NCBI GenBank assembly: GCA_009859145.1
Contig: VRVR01000022.1
Coordinates: 20,001 to 268,000 of the forward strand
Length of the DNA stretch: 248,000 bases
Direction: 5' to 3'
DNA from: Andalucia godoyi And28
Taxonomy: Eukaryota > Protista > Jakobida
Both the position numbers and the translations under genes were made by a program. The notes under the pieces were generated by a model. The model saw nothing but the letters and a program-made list of their open reading frames with translations. It made no database searches and was not told the DNA's origin. Shown one piece after another: positions 147,672 through 159,327 of this stretch; position 1 is the first letter of the stretch, and each line of letters begins with the position of its first letter.

Positions 147672-149537
147672 TTGAGAATGACTTCGCGAGTGATATCTCT
147701 GACAGAAAGTGCGCGATCGACATACTGCGATCTCGCGAGTGTCTATCCTGATTTCGAGCTCGAGTTGTACTTGCTGAATCTGATAGCGCTGTCGTCGCTC
147801 AGGGTGGCCAGCAGAGACGAGGATCCAAGAGCTGCTGCACAGTACTTGTTCGTTGCGACGACAGGCAACACAATTCGAGTGCTCGTGAGACCGAGTGCAG
147901 TATGCGCACATTTTGAGCACCGCTGTGTTATGGAAGTGCCAAACGCAGTGCAGATTCATCAAATCCGAACTGGATTTTTGCTGCAAGGTAACGCAGAACA
148001 GGTTCTTGTAGCGGTGTGCGAGCCTGACATCATTGCCATTTACTACATGGATCGTGAGGGATTTGAGACGAGACCGCCGCTGGTGATCCACGAGTCTCCG
148101 GCTCCATGGTCCGTGGATATCTCCCCCGGACTGTGTGCCATTGCCGTTGGATCCAATGCTCACACAGTGCGGGTTGTCAGCTTGGGATCCAATCCGGGAA
148201 ATGTCGACGAATCGAAAAGAATGGTGCATGGTAACAATGTTCCGTACGTTTCGTTTTCTCCCTGCGGTAGGTTCATTGCTACTGCTTCCATTGATGCCGG
148301 CTTCCGCATTTTTCAAATCAGCGACATTGGAGAATCGAGCCACATCGAAAGACGGATTAGTCACTTTGTTCCCGTGCTCCGGCTGCGAAGAAAGTGGAGC
148401 GAATGGTGCTGGTCAGTGAAGTGGCTTGAAAAAAAGTTTGCGTGCCAACACTGTTCCGTGGCTCAATTCTGGGACGCTTTCCACGTGGTGTCGTCAACGG
148501 ATTGGTATCCCAGATACCTTATTGGTGCTGTTATGCCAGTCTCGGTCAGAAACAGACCAGCTCCGCCTTCGTACATGAATGAGGAATCAGATGGAGCGCT
148601 CATTAGCAGGCACTTATCGGATTCTCTTTCGGAATCGTCATTCAGTGATCATGAAGCCGGAAGCAATGTTGAACATGAAGAAGGGCAAGAGGAGAGCGAG
148701 GGAGAGGGAGAGGTCCATCCTGTGCGTACAAGTTATTCCGATCCTGCCGAGAGTCGTCTGGAATTCCACCGAATGTTCGAAGAGCTTTCTGGTCTTATCA
148801 AGCATTTCGGCGAGAGAATCCCTGGCAAATACATGGAAGTGTACAATGACTGGACAGCAATGAGTTTTCCGGATCTCGTGGAAACGACCAGCGTCGGTGG
148901 TGTAAATCGCATGATTGATTCCATGGACGAGGTGTTGAAAGGGATCTACGAGAATTTGCGTTCTCAGGACAATCTACATCTATCCGAGAGTCCACCGAAC
149001 ACGGAGACTTGGAAGACTGCGCTTTCCCAATACATCATGCTCGGAGGTAGCAAGCAGCACTGCATTCTTTTTGATCCTCTTGATGGCGCAGTCACATTTC
149101 GCATGATGGGCGAGCGGTCGCTGCTCGACAACTGGCATGCAGCAAGAATCTCCTTTTGTGAAGTTTCGCAATTCAGTGTTGCCATTTCGTGTATGACAAC
149201 GCCGTACGCATTTGTTTTTCGTTTTTGCAAGCTTCCCGGAGACAGGCAGTACGTGCTGATGCCTTTTAAAGCAGCGCGATTTCCCTCCAGTGTTCGAAAT
149301 GTGCCCATCTGCTCTGGTCTGTGGCTCAATGAGATTGTCCTTCCCGATGACACTGGCGATGCACCTGTTCGACTTCTCGAACTCACCATTCTTTTGATCA
149401 GCGGACGTATGCTGACCTATCGATTTTCCCCGTTTGCAAATGCAGATGTTCTCAACGGAGAATCTGCAAGTTCCACGTTTGCTTCGCTAAGTGCATTGCA
149501 ATTGGATGTTTCTAGTGTGTACGCGGCAATGCTGTAG
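147672..149537 (+). CDS. CRT10-like WD40 protein
   Basis: SAPWSVDI..IAVGSNAH, HGNNVPYVSF, EWCWSV. Confidence 0.55.
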   Translation: MRMTSRVISLTESARSTYCDLASVYPDFELELYLLNLIALSSLRVASRDEDPRAAAQYLFVATTGNTIRVLVRPSAVCAHFEHRCVMEVPNAVQIHQIRTGFLLQGNAEQVLVAVCEPDIIAIYYMDREGFETRPPLVIHESPAPWSVDISPGLCAIAVGSNAHTVRVVSLGSNPGNVDESKRMVHGNNVPYVSFSPCGRFIATASIDAGFRIFQISDIGESSHIERRISHFVPVLRLRRKWSEWCWSVKWLEKKFACQHCSVAQFWDAFHVVSSTDWYPRYLIGAVMPVSVRNRPAPPSYMNEESDGALISRHLSDSLSESSFSDHEAGSNVEHEEGQEESEGEGEVHPVRTSYSDPAESRLEFHRMFEELSGLIKHFGERIPGKYMEVYNDWTAMSFPDLVETTSVGGVNRMIDSMDEVLKGIYENLRSQDNLHLSESPPNTETWKTALSQYIMLGGSKQHCILFDPLDGAVTFRMMGERSLLDNWHAARISFCEVSQFSVAISCMTTPYAFVFRFCKLPGDRQYVLMPFKAARFPSSVRNVPICSGLWLNEIVLPDDTGDAPVRLLELTILLISGRMLTYRFSPFANADVLNGESASSTFASLSALQLDVSSVYAAML

Positions 149538-149880
149538 TTCTGTCATGCTGGAATTTGAAGAAATTGTCGCTGGTATTCGCTCTTCGTTACATGGTTGCGC
149601 CCTGCGGCGTGCAGCATTTTCAACTCCAGCACTGACTTCCCGTCGTCCAGCGAGTCTCCTGTTTCCACCATATCCATTTCAGGAATTCGGGGGTAGTCAA
149701 CGCCAACGCCAACGCCAACGTGAATGCCAGCTTCTGTGCATGTGAGACGTAACTGCATATTCGGCTTCGCTTTTCATGATGCAACGACTCAGTAAACAGT
149801 TGTCCGTATGTCGGTAAACCAGTTCCGCTGCTCCATGCAAATGCAGCCCTTGCTGTTGTACGAAACGCTGACAAACGGTG

Positions 149881-150094
149881 CGCCTACATTGTACACTAAC
149901 CACGGGTTATCATCGCTGATCACCCATAATCAATGTTGCAACCCAACAACATGCATAATGCAACGCGGCGGCGTGTGTATAGGGACTTCATGATCAAAAC
150001 GGGGCGAAACGACTCGGGCATCGTGTGACGGAGTTGCCAGTGCTTTTGCTTACGTGCGCTTCAGATTGATTCATCATATCGCAATAAGTGGCAG
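149881..150094 (-). mobile_element. minimal Fanzor2/IS607-like element B3 (214 bp)
   Basis: ACCG|CTGCCACTT and TACAATGTAGGCG ends with the coding part removed. Confidence 0.85.
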
Positions 150095-150191
150095 CGGTTT
150101 TCTTTTTTTGTTTTCGTTTTGTTTTGTTCACTTTGTGCTGTTTCCTTTTTCCCGCCGACGCTTTCGTCGCCCGTCCATCAAAGGACTTAGA

Positions 150192-151085
150192 ATGCGAAGT
150201 CCTCCTCGGGGCCCGATAGGAGCCTCAAAACAACTGAAGCGGTCACAGTTCTACATATTTCTGTTCTTTTCCGTCATCCACCCATACATATTCGTCTTTA
150301 CGCTGTACACCATGTTACAAACGTCATTGCATTCTGTTGAGTTTCAAACGGCCTATGTTATTTTGTTCACAGTGACCATGTATCTGTACTCGAGACTTGT
150401 CAAATCGAACCCGGGGTACATTGACCAGCGGCTCATTGACGATCTTATCCGGCGGAACGGACCGTCATCGGTGTATCGCAAGTGTGAAGTTTGCTGTTTG
150501 GAAGTTCCATACCGATGTCGACACTGCTATGAATGCGGCCGATGCGTAGCTTTGATGGACCATCACTGTCCATGGATACAGTCTTGCGTAGGAGAGTACA
150601 ACGTTGCTCGGTTCTTCTGGTTTCTTGTCCTGGAATGTGTGCTTGTCGCCGTGACTTTGTGGATAACGGTCGATGCCCATTCCTGGAAAGCAATCTGGGA
150701 ATCCTGGAACCTTGTTTTTATTCTGTGCGTTCTGATATTTGCGCTGCTGTTCTCGTTTTCCATGGTTTGCTCGAATTTATGGCTGCTGTGGACCGGCCAG
150801 ACAACCTTGGAAATGGTAAAGTGGAGGTCGCTGGCGTACATGGAGCAGAAGAGACAATTTGATCGCGGCGTCAAGGAGAACTGTGGACTGGTTCTCAACT
150901 TTGCCCGAGTGTTCGGGTCCCAGAGCTTCCCTCCTCTCGTTGCGTGGATCGAACACAAAAAGAAAGCGACGAATCGCGACGTGGAGAGCCTGACAGACGC
151001 CGCGCCGTCTGACCATGCTCAATCTCGCTCATGCCCAGCGTGGGTTCACACCGTCACAGATAACAAGTACTACTCTTGTTTCTAA
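150192..151085 (+). CDS. DHHC palmitoyltransferase
   Basis: CEVC..HC..C..CV..MDHHCPWIQSCVG, TTLE. Confidence 0.9.
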   Translation: MRSPPRGPIGASKQLKRSQFYIFLFFSVIHPYIFVFTLYTMLQTSLHSVEFQTAYVILFTVTMYLYSRLVKSNPGYIDQRLIDDLIRRNGPSSVYRKCEVCCLEVPYRCRHCYECGRCVALMDHHCPWIQSCVGEYNVARFFWFLVLECVLVAVTLWITVDAHSWKAIWESWNLVFILCVLIFALLFSFSMVCSNLWLLWTGQTTLEMVKWRSLAYMEQKRQFDRGVKENCGLVLNFARVFGSQSFPPLVAWIEHKKKATNRDVESLTDAAPSDHAQSRSCPAWVHTVTDNKYYSCF

Positions 151086-151232
151086 AACGGAATGGATCCT
151101 CAGTTATGTAAAGAACAGTTAGTTTGTCGGTTCATTGTACATTTATCTTCTACGAGTGTGCAAGGCACTAGGGACCGGGAGGAGCAAAACAAAACCAAAA
151201 ACGAAAAAACGAAAAAGAAAACAGTTGAAACG

Positions 151233-152180
151233 TCACGACGCGAACGGCAAGATTTGTTCTTGAATGGACACACAACGCGGATCGCATTCCGAAAGGTACT
151301 TTTGGCTTTGCACCAGCGCAAGTTCCTTTCTTCCGAGCTCCGCAGTAACCTTCATTGTCAGATGCATGCCGGCGAGTGCTCTTTTCAGCACGACTGCTAC
151401 AGGGATGACTTCCCAGAGCGAACCTTGCGAACGGGTTGGGTTCCTGATTTCCTTGAGCAGCTGCGCGAGAAGGAGCGACGCAAACAGGTCTCCACAACCA
151501 GAAAAGGAGCCTTCGATTCGATCGAACTGCAGGAATATCCGCTGCTTGGAGCACGAATTCGAAGCCAGCAACACCATTTTCTTCGCACTTGTCTCTTCAA
151601 AAAGCCCAGGATCAACAGCGCAATCAAGGGAGGTGATGACCACAAGCTCGGGGCCCAGTTGATGGAGACTATTGCAGGCATCGAGTGCTGATTTCGTGTT
151701 TGTGATCTTGAATCCTGACAAGGTCTCCGCTTCGAAGTGGTTTGGAGTTACTACGTTTGCACAAGGAAGAATGAGGCTCTTGTACTGATCGACAAGCTGC
151801 GGAGGGACATACAGCTTTCCGTCATCGCCAAGCACCGGATCACAGAGATATAGTAATTGCGGGCTGTTCTGCGAGCTCCTCAGCTCGGAAATGACGTCCA
151901 CCACCGATTGCAGAAAGGCCTCAGAGCCGATAAACCCAGTCAACAATCCACTGTACAAGCTGAGAAAACGGTTGCTTCGAAGTCCATCAATGATCGTCCG
152001 CAGACCAGCTCCGTCCATGACCGTCCCCGTGCACACAGGATATCCCTTGTGGTTGCTGAAATGAACAGTGTTGACAGGATCGACTTCGATCCCGTTCAGC
152101 TGAAGCGGCAGCGTCGCCGCTTTGTTTCCTACATATCCATGCACAACATGCGATTGAATCGACAGCACCCGAACACTCAT
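151233..152180 (-). CDS. PDXK: pyridoxal kinase
   Basis: VLSIQSHVVHGYVGNKAA, CDPVLGD, TPNHFE, FSGCGDLF. Confidence 0.93.
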   Translation of the reverse strand: MSVRVLSIQSHVVHGYVGNKAATLPLQLNGIEVDPVNTVHFSNHKGYPVCTGTVMDGAGLRTIIDGLRSNRFLSLYSGLLTGFIGSEAFLQSVVDVISELRSSQNSPQLLYLCDPVLGDDGKLYVPPQLVDQYKSLILPCANVVTPNHFEAETLSGFKITNTKSALDACNSLHQLGPELVVITSLDCAVDPGLFEETSAKKMVLLASNSCSKQRIFLQFDRIEGSFSGCGDLFASLLLAQLLKEIRNPTRSQGSLWEVIPVAVVLKRALAGMHLTMKVTAELGRKELALVQSQKYLSECDPRCVSIQEQILPFAS

Positions 152181-152523
152181 TCCGTGCTTCCCTCCCTCTC
152201 CTCCTTCTTCCTCTCCCTTTCCCTCTCTCTCTCCCACCGTCACGTGGCTGCTGTCCATAGTCGTGAACATGCAAAATAGGAAATGACGTGACTCAGACGG
152301 ACTGACAGGTCGATGACAGACTGAGAAATCGACGCACGTAAAAAACGAGGACTGCTGGCGTCAATTGACGCTTGGAGGCCTTCGACCTGATGGATGCCTG
152401 TGGACGTACGAGAACCAGTACAGTACTGTACGTACTACAAACAAAAAAGTCAAAAGGAGGAGAGGTGCGACGTCCGGCATCTCTGGACTTCCTGACGTGT
152501 ATGCTCACCGAGTCGCACAGTGC

Positions 152524-153255
152524 ATGAAGCTGGATTTTGTGTTGTTGGTTGCTGTGTTGGTTGTAGTTGTGGTGTCTGTGATGCCAGGCGTTCGATCTCA
152601 GAGCCGAGCTCGCTCACTCTGCTTGTTTGAGCTGCTGGCGCCGGATGTCCAAGCTCGGTTTCGAGACATGATGGAGGATTCTGAATGGGGGGTGTTTTCC
152701 GTGGATGCGCAAGGGAGTGCTCGTGTGCTAGCAGATCACGATGCCGATGGGGCTCATGCGGGATTGCTGGTTCCTGTGGACCAGGATATGCGGTTATACA
152801 GGGTTGTTCGACGAAATCTCCTAAAGTGGGGTTTGCCCGAGGACCTGATGGATAATGTAGCGTTTGGAGACATGTTCATTCTGGACGATTATCGCGGAGC
152901 AGGAATCTTCTTTGCTGCGGACGACGGTTCAGAACGGTCTCCTCCGTTGTTTGTGAGGACTCAGATGGAGTATGGATACATGATTCCGGTCGAGTTGTGG
153001 CCGCTTGTGCTGTCGCACGGCCCTGTGTACTTTGCTCCATGGACGCAGACTGGGAACTTGCAGTTTGCTGAAATTCCAAAGCCAGAGAATGCAGAACAAC
153101 GAGCAGAGTTGGAAGAACGGTATCCACCCGATGACGAATTGTACGATCCGGATGTGCCAGAAGACAGTGCACAGTATGGCGTGTCTTGGGAAGGCAGCAC
153201 ATTTGATGATGAAACACCAGCAGAGTTACGACTTCTTCGTGGAAAACTCTATTAG
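152524..153255 (+). CDS. secreted hypothetical protein
   Basis: signal peptide; 243-aa ORF. Confidence 0.55.
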   Translation: MKLDFVLLVAVLVVVVVSVMPGVRSQSRARSLCLFELLAPDVQARFRDMMEDSEWGVFSVDAQGSARVLADHDADGAHAGLLVPVDQDMRLYRVVRRNLLKWGLPEDLMDNVAFGDMFILDDYRGAGIFFAADDGSERSPPLFVRTQMEYGYMIPVELWPLVLSHGPVYFAPWTQTGNLQFAEIPKPENAEQRAELEERYPPDDELYDPDVPEDSAQYGVSWEGSTFDDETPAELRLLRGKLY

Positions 153256-153597
153256 ACGAGAGAGCACCTACTTACTGGAAACGTCTTTTTCACCTGAACG
153301 AGAACTACAAAGAAAACCAATACGGCGGGAGGAGAGCACTGCTCCTTCTTCTTAAAAGCATTCGCATTCGCATGCTCCTGCTGCATCTCGGTCGCTGGCC
153401 AACTGGAGCTTGAACTGACTGCTTGCTCGGTGTTTTGAAGTCTTTTCCAACGATGGAAAAGAGGCGCGATTGGGGCTGCAATCTCACATTTTTTTGGTAC
153501 TGTATTTTTATCCATAAAAAGGGAAGGATTCAAATCGGAGAGCTCGCTGCGCTGACTGCAGTGCAGCATCGTTTCTCACAAGATCAGGTGCTGTTTA

Positions 153598-154914
153598 TTA
153601 CAGAATGGGGTTATTGTACTGTGAAAGCATCCTCGCGCGCTTGGATTCCCGGAAATCCTTCTCGTCCTGAACCGTCGGTGTGATTGTCACCACGGGTCGT
153701 TTGCGATCTCTGAGTTCCTGTCCAGAGGCACACGACGCATTCATAACCTTCCGCAACGGAGCGAACTTGACGAATTGCTCTCCCTTTTCATTCGCGATTC
153801 TAAACAAGTATGAGCTTCCGTCGTTGGTGCTGAGGTTTTCCAACACGATTTCTCTTACAAACGAGTAAGGAGGCTGGGAGCCTTCTTCCAATGCGTTTGT
153901 CATCGTCTCTGCATTTTCTGGCATAGCATAAGCAAACCGCACAGTCTGTGGATCCGTCCGCACCAACAAGGCGCGCGTTGCGTCTTCCGTTTCGTTTGAG
154001 CTTCCATTCGGATTTGTCGAGAACTTAAGCTGCACCAGCGACTGTCCGAACATTTCCACATCCGGAATCACAGGCAGGATGCGCTTAATCTTCACGCTTG
154101 GATTCTTCGGATGCTTCGGCACAAAGATTCCCTTGTCGATTCTCTTCGCCATCTCGAATGTTTCTTCAATGCGGGCAAGTTTCGCCTCTTCCGACTCGTC
154201 CGAAGGATCGAATTCAGCCGCGAGTGAAACGTACGGGGCCTCCGCCTTCTTTTCCATCGATGCGTTCTTCTGCATCATCACTGCGCGTTTTCGAGCATGT
154301 TCCATTTGTTGTTGCTCTTGCAAAATGCGTGATGAAAGCGAGCCGTATCCCAGTCTCTCCTGCACAATCTTTGAGATTTCCGAAGTCATGTTTGCACTAA
154401 CTGGTTTCGGATCAAAGATGAACTTATCCACATCGGAAAGCAGCCCAGAAGACGAAGAGGAAGCTGCCGCTGCAAAATTCGACGCAGAGGCAGAAGCAGA
154501 AGCAGAAGCAGAAGCAGAGGAGGAGGCGGCAGAGGAAGAGGACGAAGATGCGGAAGAAGGCAAAGACGATTTTCCAGCTGCTGAGTTTGTAAGAATGGAC
154601 ATTAGCGCAGGATTGGCAGCTGCAGATCGAAAACGGAGTTTGAGAGATTCCGTGTCGACGAGATCAATTGGCATTCCAAGTTGGACCGAAGCTGGGTATG
154701 CAGGCTTTGCCATTTTTTCCAACAGATTCGGTTTGTACGCCGAGAATGGCTCGGATGGAATGTCGATGCGCAAAGGAACTGGGTCACACGGAACCACCGG
154801 AAGCAGCGAGGCAAAGTGGATCGGACACAAAAAGTCACTCTTCGAATGCAAACGAAGGTTCTGAGGACGCGGCCCAAGCTTCTCGCCACCGCTGCTCTTA
154901 GCTGTCGACGACAT
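153598..154914 (-). CDS. PAF1: RNA polymerase II-associated factor 1
   Basis: LGMPIDLVD, IEETFE, KHPKNPSVK..ILPVIPD. Confidence 0.8.
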   Translation of the reverse strand: MSSTAKSSGGEKLGPRPQNLRLHSKSDFLCPIHFASLLPVVPCDPVPLRIDIPSEPFSAYKPNLLEKMAKPAYPASVQLGMPIDLVDTESLKLRFRSAAANPALMSILTNSAAGKSSLPSSASSSSSSAASSSASASASASASASNFAAAASSSSSGLLSDVDKFIFDPKPVSANMTSEISKIVQERLGYGSLSSRILQEQQQMEHARKRAVMMQKNASMEKKAEAPYVSLAAEFDPSDESEEAKLARIEETFEMAKRIDKGIFVPKHPKNPSVKIKRILPVIPDVEMFGQSLVQLKFSTNPNGSSNETEDATRALLVRTDPQTVRFAYAMPENAETMTNALEEGSQPPYSFVREIVLENLSTNDGSSYLFRIANEKGEQFVKFAPLRKVMNASCASGQELRDRKRPVVTITPTVQDEKDFRESKRARMLSQYNNPIL

Positions 154915-155162
154915 GCAGGCAACCAAAACAACCAAAACAACAGAAACAACAGAAACAGCAAATAGAACAGACCAGTAGACAGCGAGTACCAAACCACCAA
155001 TACGAAACAGAATGGAATTAGATAGACGACAAACAGGAAATAAGGAAAAACTATTAAATTTTCTTTATGCACAACTTGCGCACCGAAAACAATTGTGTTT
155101 TTTGATTTACGACTGCGACTGCAAGGGAGCGGGAGTGTCTGGTAATTTGAGAATCATTGCAG

Positions 155163-155674
155163 CGCCTACATTGTACACAAACCACGGATTATCATCGCTG
155201 ATCACCCATAATCAATGTTGCAACCCAACACCTTGTTTCCATACAACTTGCGATGGATTTCCCCGCAACGGCCGCACGTTTTAGACGTGCACTCCTCCGT
155301 CACAAGTCGCAATCGACACCTGCCGCTGTTGGAATTGATAATGACCCCGTGTCAACATCTGCCACGTCGTTGTCGCCTTGGCGATCTTTCCTGGCGGCGG
155401 CCCAGCGTCGGTGGAGATTGTCATAAGTCTTGCGCAACGCTGCGGGCGTGACCTGCATGGACATTAAAAACGAAAATAAGAAATGAGCGTCGGTGTGCGA
155501 GAATGCAATGTGGCGGCGTACTTATATAGGGACTTCATGATCAAAACGGGGCGAAACGAATCGGGCAATGTGTGACGGAGTTGCCAAGATAACAGACGCA
155601 TGCGCATGGGCGCGTGGCAGTGTTTTTGCTTACGTGCGCTTCAGATTGCTTCATCATATCGCAGCAAGTGGCAG
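155163..155674 (-). mobile_element. Fanzor2/IS607-like element B4
   Basis: GCCG|CTGCCACTT; VTEECTSKTCGRCG; TACAATGTAGGCG. Confidence 0.87.
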
Positions 155675-155753
155675 CGGCTGACAACACAGCGCCGAGCAGC
155701 GGGTCCAAGAGACTGACGAAGAACGATAAACATAGAGTATACTGTACATGTGA

Positions 155754-156659
155754 TTATACTTTGAGCATTCGTTCTACGTTTCGAAGGATGGAGGCCGCGG
155801 TCCAAGCTCTGGAACTGGGAGGAACTGCAGGACACTGATTTTGAGCAATGCGCATGTACTTGTCCGAAACTGCAAAGTTGCCGCCAATGACCAGAACATT
155901 GTCGGCCATTGGCTTTCGAAGATCCTGTGTCAGCCTCGAAATGGACGTCCTGACTGCTCCGTCCACTGCCAACTCGATCCATTTCCTCTGCTTTTCATCC
156001 TCGGTTGCCATTTTCGTACTGGACGTTGCGGCATTATCCACCACATCCTGCGGGTTTGCATAGATATAATCGTCCAGATCGTCCAGTCGCATCTCGACGA
156101 CCGCGTCTTCGGAGATGCAACCCAGTTCTGCAACTGGGATGACTCGAATAATGCCACTGTGGGCAAAGTCGACTACCATGGAGCATTTCTTCCCGAGAAG
156201 GAGTGGCGCAACGAGTTCGGAAGTGACAATCGAGACCGACGAAGCCGAAAGCGGCGGTGATTCAAGACATTCTTTGCATATCTGCACAGTATACGGATGG
156301 ACAGTGTACGAAAACGAAAGCGTAATGTGTGAAAACGGAGGATTCACAAGCAAGTACTCCAAGATCAACGTCTTGAAATACCCACGAATACACTGCTGAT
156401 CCGCCGGACAAAGCAGCGCAAACTTCGTATTGCTGCTGCTGCTGCTCGCCCTCCCTTCTCCTACTGGTGCGGATGCAGATGCGGGTGTCGGGTCTGAATG
156501 CACGGCATGAAGAGATGGAAGCGGACGAGTAAGTATGGAAGCGACAAAGGCTGGTGATTGGATTGTGTGTCGAGGAAACGGATCACCTACAAAGCCAATG
156601 CGCGTGAAACACCTCCCGCATTCAATGATGATCGCTTGGGAACTCGAGCCGGAACTCAT
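155754..156659 (-). CDS. divergent actin-related protein (Arp10-like)
   Basis: IIIECG..FTRIGFVGD..PR, MVVDF, NVLVIGG. Confidence 0.65.
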   Translation of the reverse strand: MSSGSSSQAIIIECGRCFTRIGFVGDPFPRHTIQSPAFVASILTRPLPSLHAVHSDPTPASASAPVGEGRASSSSSNTKFALLCPADQQCIRGYFKTLILEYLLVNPPFSHITLSFSYTVHPYTVQICKECLESPPLSASSVSIVTSELVAPLLLGKKCSMVVDFAHSGIIRVIPVAELGCISEDAVVEMRLDDLDDYIYANPQDVVDNAATSSTKMATEDEKQRKWIELAVDGAVRTSISRLTQDLRKPMADNVLVIGGNFAVSDKYMRIAQNQCPAVPPSSRAWTAASILRNVERMLKV

Positions 156660-157142
156660 CCAAATCCAGGCACCGTCCAGAATCCAAGAAGGAAAAGAAG
156701 AAAACACCAAAGCAACCCAACAATCAAAACAGACCAAAAGAAGCAGAACTGTCTGGAATTGAAAACAGACTCGGTCGAAATGACGAGCACTTACAGTAGC
156801 TGAAAACGTGCAATGCAGCGATTTCTGTAGCATCAAAGGCTCAAGGCATCCGAGAGACACGCTTGGAAACTGGTTGCGGACCTTCGGATGTCACCGTGGT
156901 TGGCTGGTTTGTGAGTGTGTGAGTGTGTGTGACGTTGTGCTGCTATCATTGTCATTTACTGAATTCTTATCTCCGGAGCAGTAGCAGTAGCAGTAGCAGT
157001 AGCAATAGCAGTAGGAAAGACGACGACGACGAAGAAGGAGTGGTGGTGGTGGTAGTAAGTGTTAAGAATAGGTGGGCTGGTTTTTTTATTTTTTATTTTA
157101 TTTAAATTTTAAATTTAAATTTTAAATTGGATTCTGCCGCCG

Positions 157143-158246
157143 ATGACCAGTCTCCCGTTTACGCCTGAAACGGAGGTGGTGTATGAGTTTTTTCTTGCGA
157201 TTCGTGAGATTTGCGAAGCCAAGTTCCGGGATGTCCCCGAGGTGTTTTACAATCCGCGGACCTTCATCGAGAGGTCTGGGTGGGGCCGCAAGTTTGGGTA
157301 TTCTCAAGATGCAAGTGCGTTGAAACGGCGCTACTTCTCCCTGGTTGAGAAGGAGGTGTTGTACTTTGCGTCGGACTCTCATGCAGGAAAGACGAAAAAG
157401 GCAAAGGGGACGATCAAGCTCGATTCGTTTACAACGTGCTTCCGGGTCAATATGGGAGAGCCTTTGCAGCTTGACGCGCTGGCCAAGCGAAAAGGGAGCG
157501 CAGAAGGACCAAATGGTCTTCGAATACGCGTGCCATCCGAATGCAGATCATACTACATATTTTTCGACCAGCCGGAAGATCGAGACTTTTTCCACGACGG
157601 AATCTGCTTCAACATTGAAAAGATCCGAACAGCAGACGAAACGTTTATTGAATGTGCGCTGAAGCATTTGGCAAATGCATCTGAATTTATCAAGCTGGAA
157701 AAGGACGCAGCGGGACTGGTGACGCGGATGAAGTGTGCACTGAGGCTTCGCATGCTTCCGTTCAAACCAGCCGAAGAAGACAACGGGCCGCAGGCTTGTG
157801 CCTTCCGTGCGATCCGACTTGGGAAATACGACATTTTCCAGGCCGAGTTTGTGTCGCACGCAAATCAAGACCTGGATCCATCCGAGTACATTCTCGGCGG
157901 AACGACGTACCTTTTAGAGCTCATATCGTTCAATTTGCGCTCGGAAACTGCGCTCAGTTGGTTTCTGGACTCGTACGATGTCAATGTCAACCAGCCCCAT
158001 CACGTGACGAAGGACACAGCGTTGCTTAGAGCAGTCCAGATCGGGCACGTGGAGCTCGTGAAGATTCTCTTGTCGTACGGTGCTGACGTCAATCTTGCAA
158101 ACAAGTTTGGCGAGTCACCCATGTCCGAGGCATATGTCCCCGAAATTCAGGCACTCCTCAGAACACCACCAGCAAGCCCTCCAAAAAGAACTGGCGCAAA
158201 GATTAACCACCACAAGATGATGTTTAGAGGCTCCATGCGTGTTTGA
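157143..158246 (+). CDS. PH plus ankyrin protein
   Basis: RRYFSL..VLYF..KGTIKL; TALLRAV..GH..VKILLSYGADVN. Confidence 0.75.
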   Translation: MTSLPFTPETEVVYEFFLAIREICEAKFRDVPEVFYNPRTFIERSGWGRKFGYSQDASALKRRYFSLVEKEVLYFASDSHAGKTKKAKGTIKLDSFTTCFRVNMGEPLQLDALAKRKGSAEGPNGLRIRVPSECRSYYIFFDQPEDRDFFHDGICFNIEKIRTADETFIECALKHLANASEFIKLEKDAAGLVTRMKCALRLRMLPFKPAEEDNGPQACAFRAIRLGKYDIFQAEFVSHANQDLDPSEYILGGTTYLLELISFNLRSETALSWFLDSYDVNVNQPHHVTKDTALLRAVQIGHVELVKILLSYGADVNLANKFGESPMSEAYVPEIQALLRTPPASPPKRTGAKINHHKMMFRGSMRV

Positions 158247-158504
158247 ACATTTGAAGATGTTTGGGAACGGAGTGCACTGGAGGAAGGGACCAGGGGATGC
158301 TGGATCTGAACGACTCTGCCCAGTGATCGATCATCGATTAAACGACATTTTAAAGAAATACTAAGATAGAATACATTGAGGAGGTTGTTACAAGTTGTTT
158401 GCGTTTGCTGCCGTTTGTTTCTTATTTTGCCGAGTTCAGCTCGGTCAAACCGGGCCTCGCGTCCCCCGAAAAGTCCTTTGTCCAGGACTCCAGGCAACGG
158501 GCAA

Positions 158505-158890
158505 CGCCTACATTATACACTGAACATGCATATCTACGGATGGTCGTGCATATTCAATCTTGCATCCCGTTGCCGGGAAGGGGATAGGGCCCCAACACGC
158601 CTCACGGCGCTCTTCAGATAGATGTTCCGCGCTCCGTTCCCAATCTCGATCAATCGGTGAGCCACTTTCTCAGCGTGACACGTTGTTCCTGAGAAGGGTG
158701 CATTTTTTGATTCTGACGGCACTAGCAGTAGGTGTAGTGACACGTGGTCTCTTAGTAGGTCTGCGGGACCTAGGAGGCCCTGTATCACGAATTCTTGTGA
158801 AGCAAACGAGCTGGTGTCGGCGACTGCTAACCGTGTCTGTTTATGGATACTTCCGTATATGCATGACAATGACGTATTATTATTAACCAG
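158505..158890 (-). mobile_element. Fanzor2/IS607-like element A5
   Basis: ACCG|CTGGTTAA; HTH and RuvC-III remnants; TAATGTAGGCG. Confidence 0.86.
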
Positions 158891-159327
158891 CGGTCCTCTC
158901 TCCCCTGCTTTTTGCTCGCTTCACAATAATTTTTTTCTTCTGACATTTGACGTATGTTTTTTAGGGCGCACCGGGTAAAAATCGTAAGAGCAGTTTATTG
159001 GGAAGGTGCCACGGCACAGTCCTGTCGGTTCTCATCACGTATCTGATTTTGGGGTTTGTCGCTGACGAAAATAAAGAGAGGAAAACCTGCCGAAGTCCGA
159101 ACCCGAAGTCATTCATTTGATTTTATAAATTTTTTTGGATTTGAATGTACAGTACCATTCCGAGGCTTTCATTTTCCAGCTTACTTTTCAGTCTCCGTGT
159201 TTTTTTGCACCATTGTTTTTTATCATTAAGTTGTGAAGACGCTCCCGCGCGCGTGTTTGTGGAATCCCTCGAGGTGGTCTAGGAATCTTTTGTTTGAGAG
159301 GGATTTCGCAGCAGGCAAGGAGGAGGG

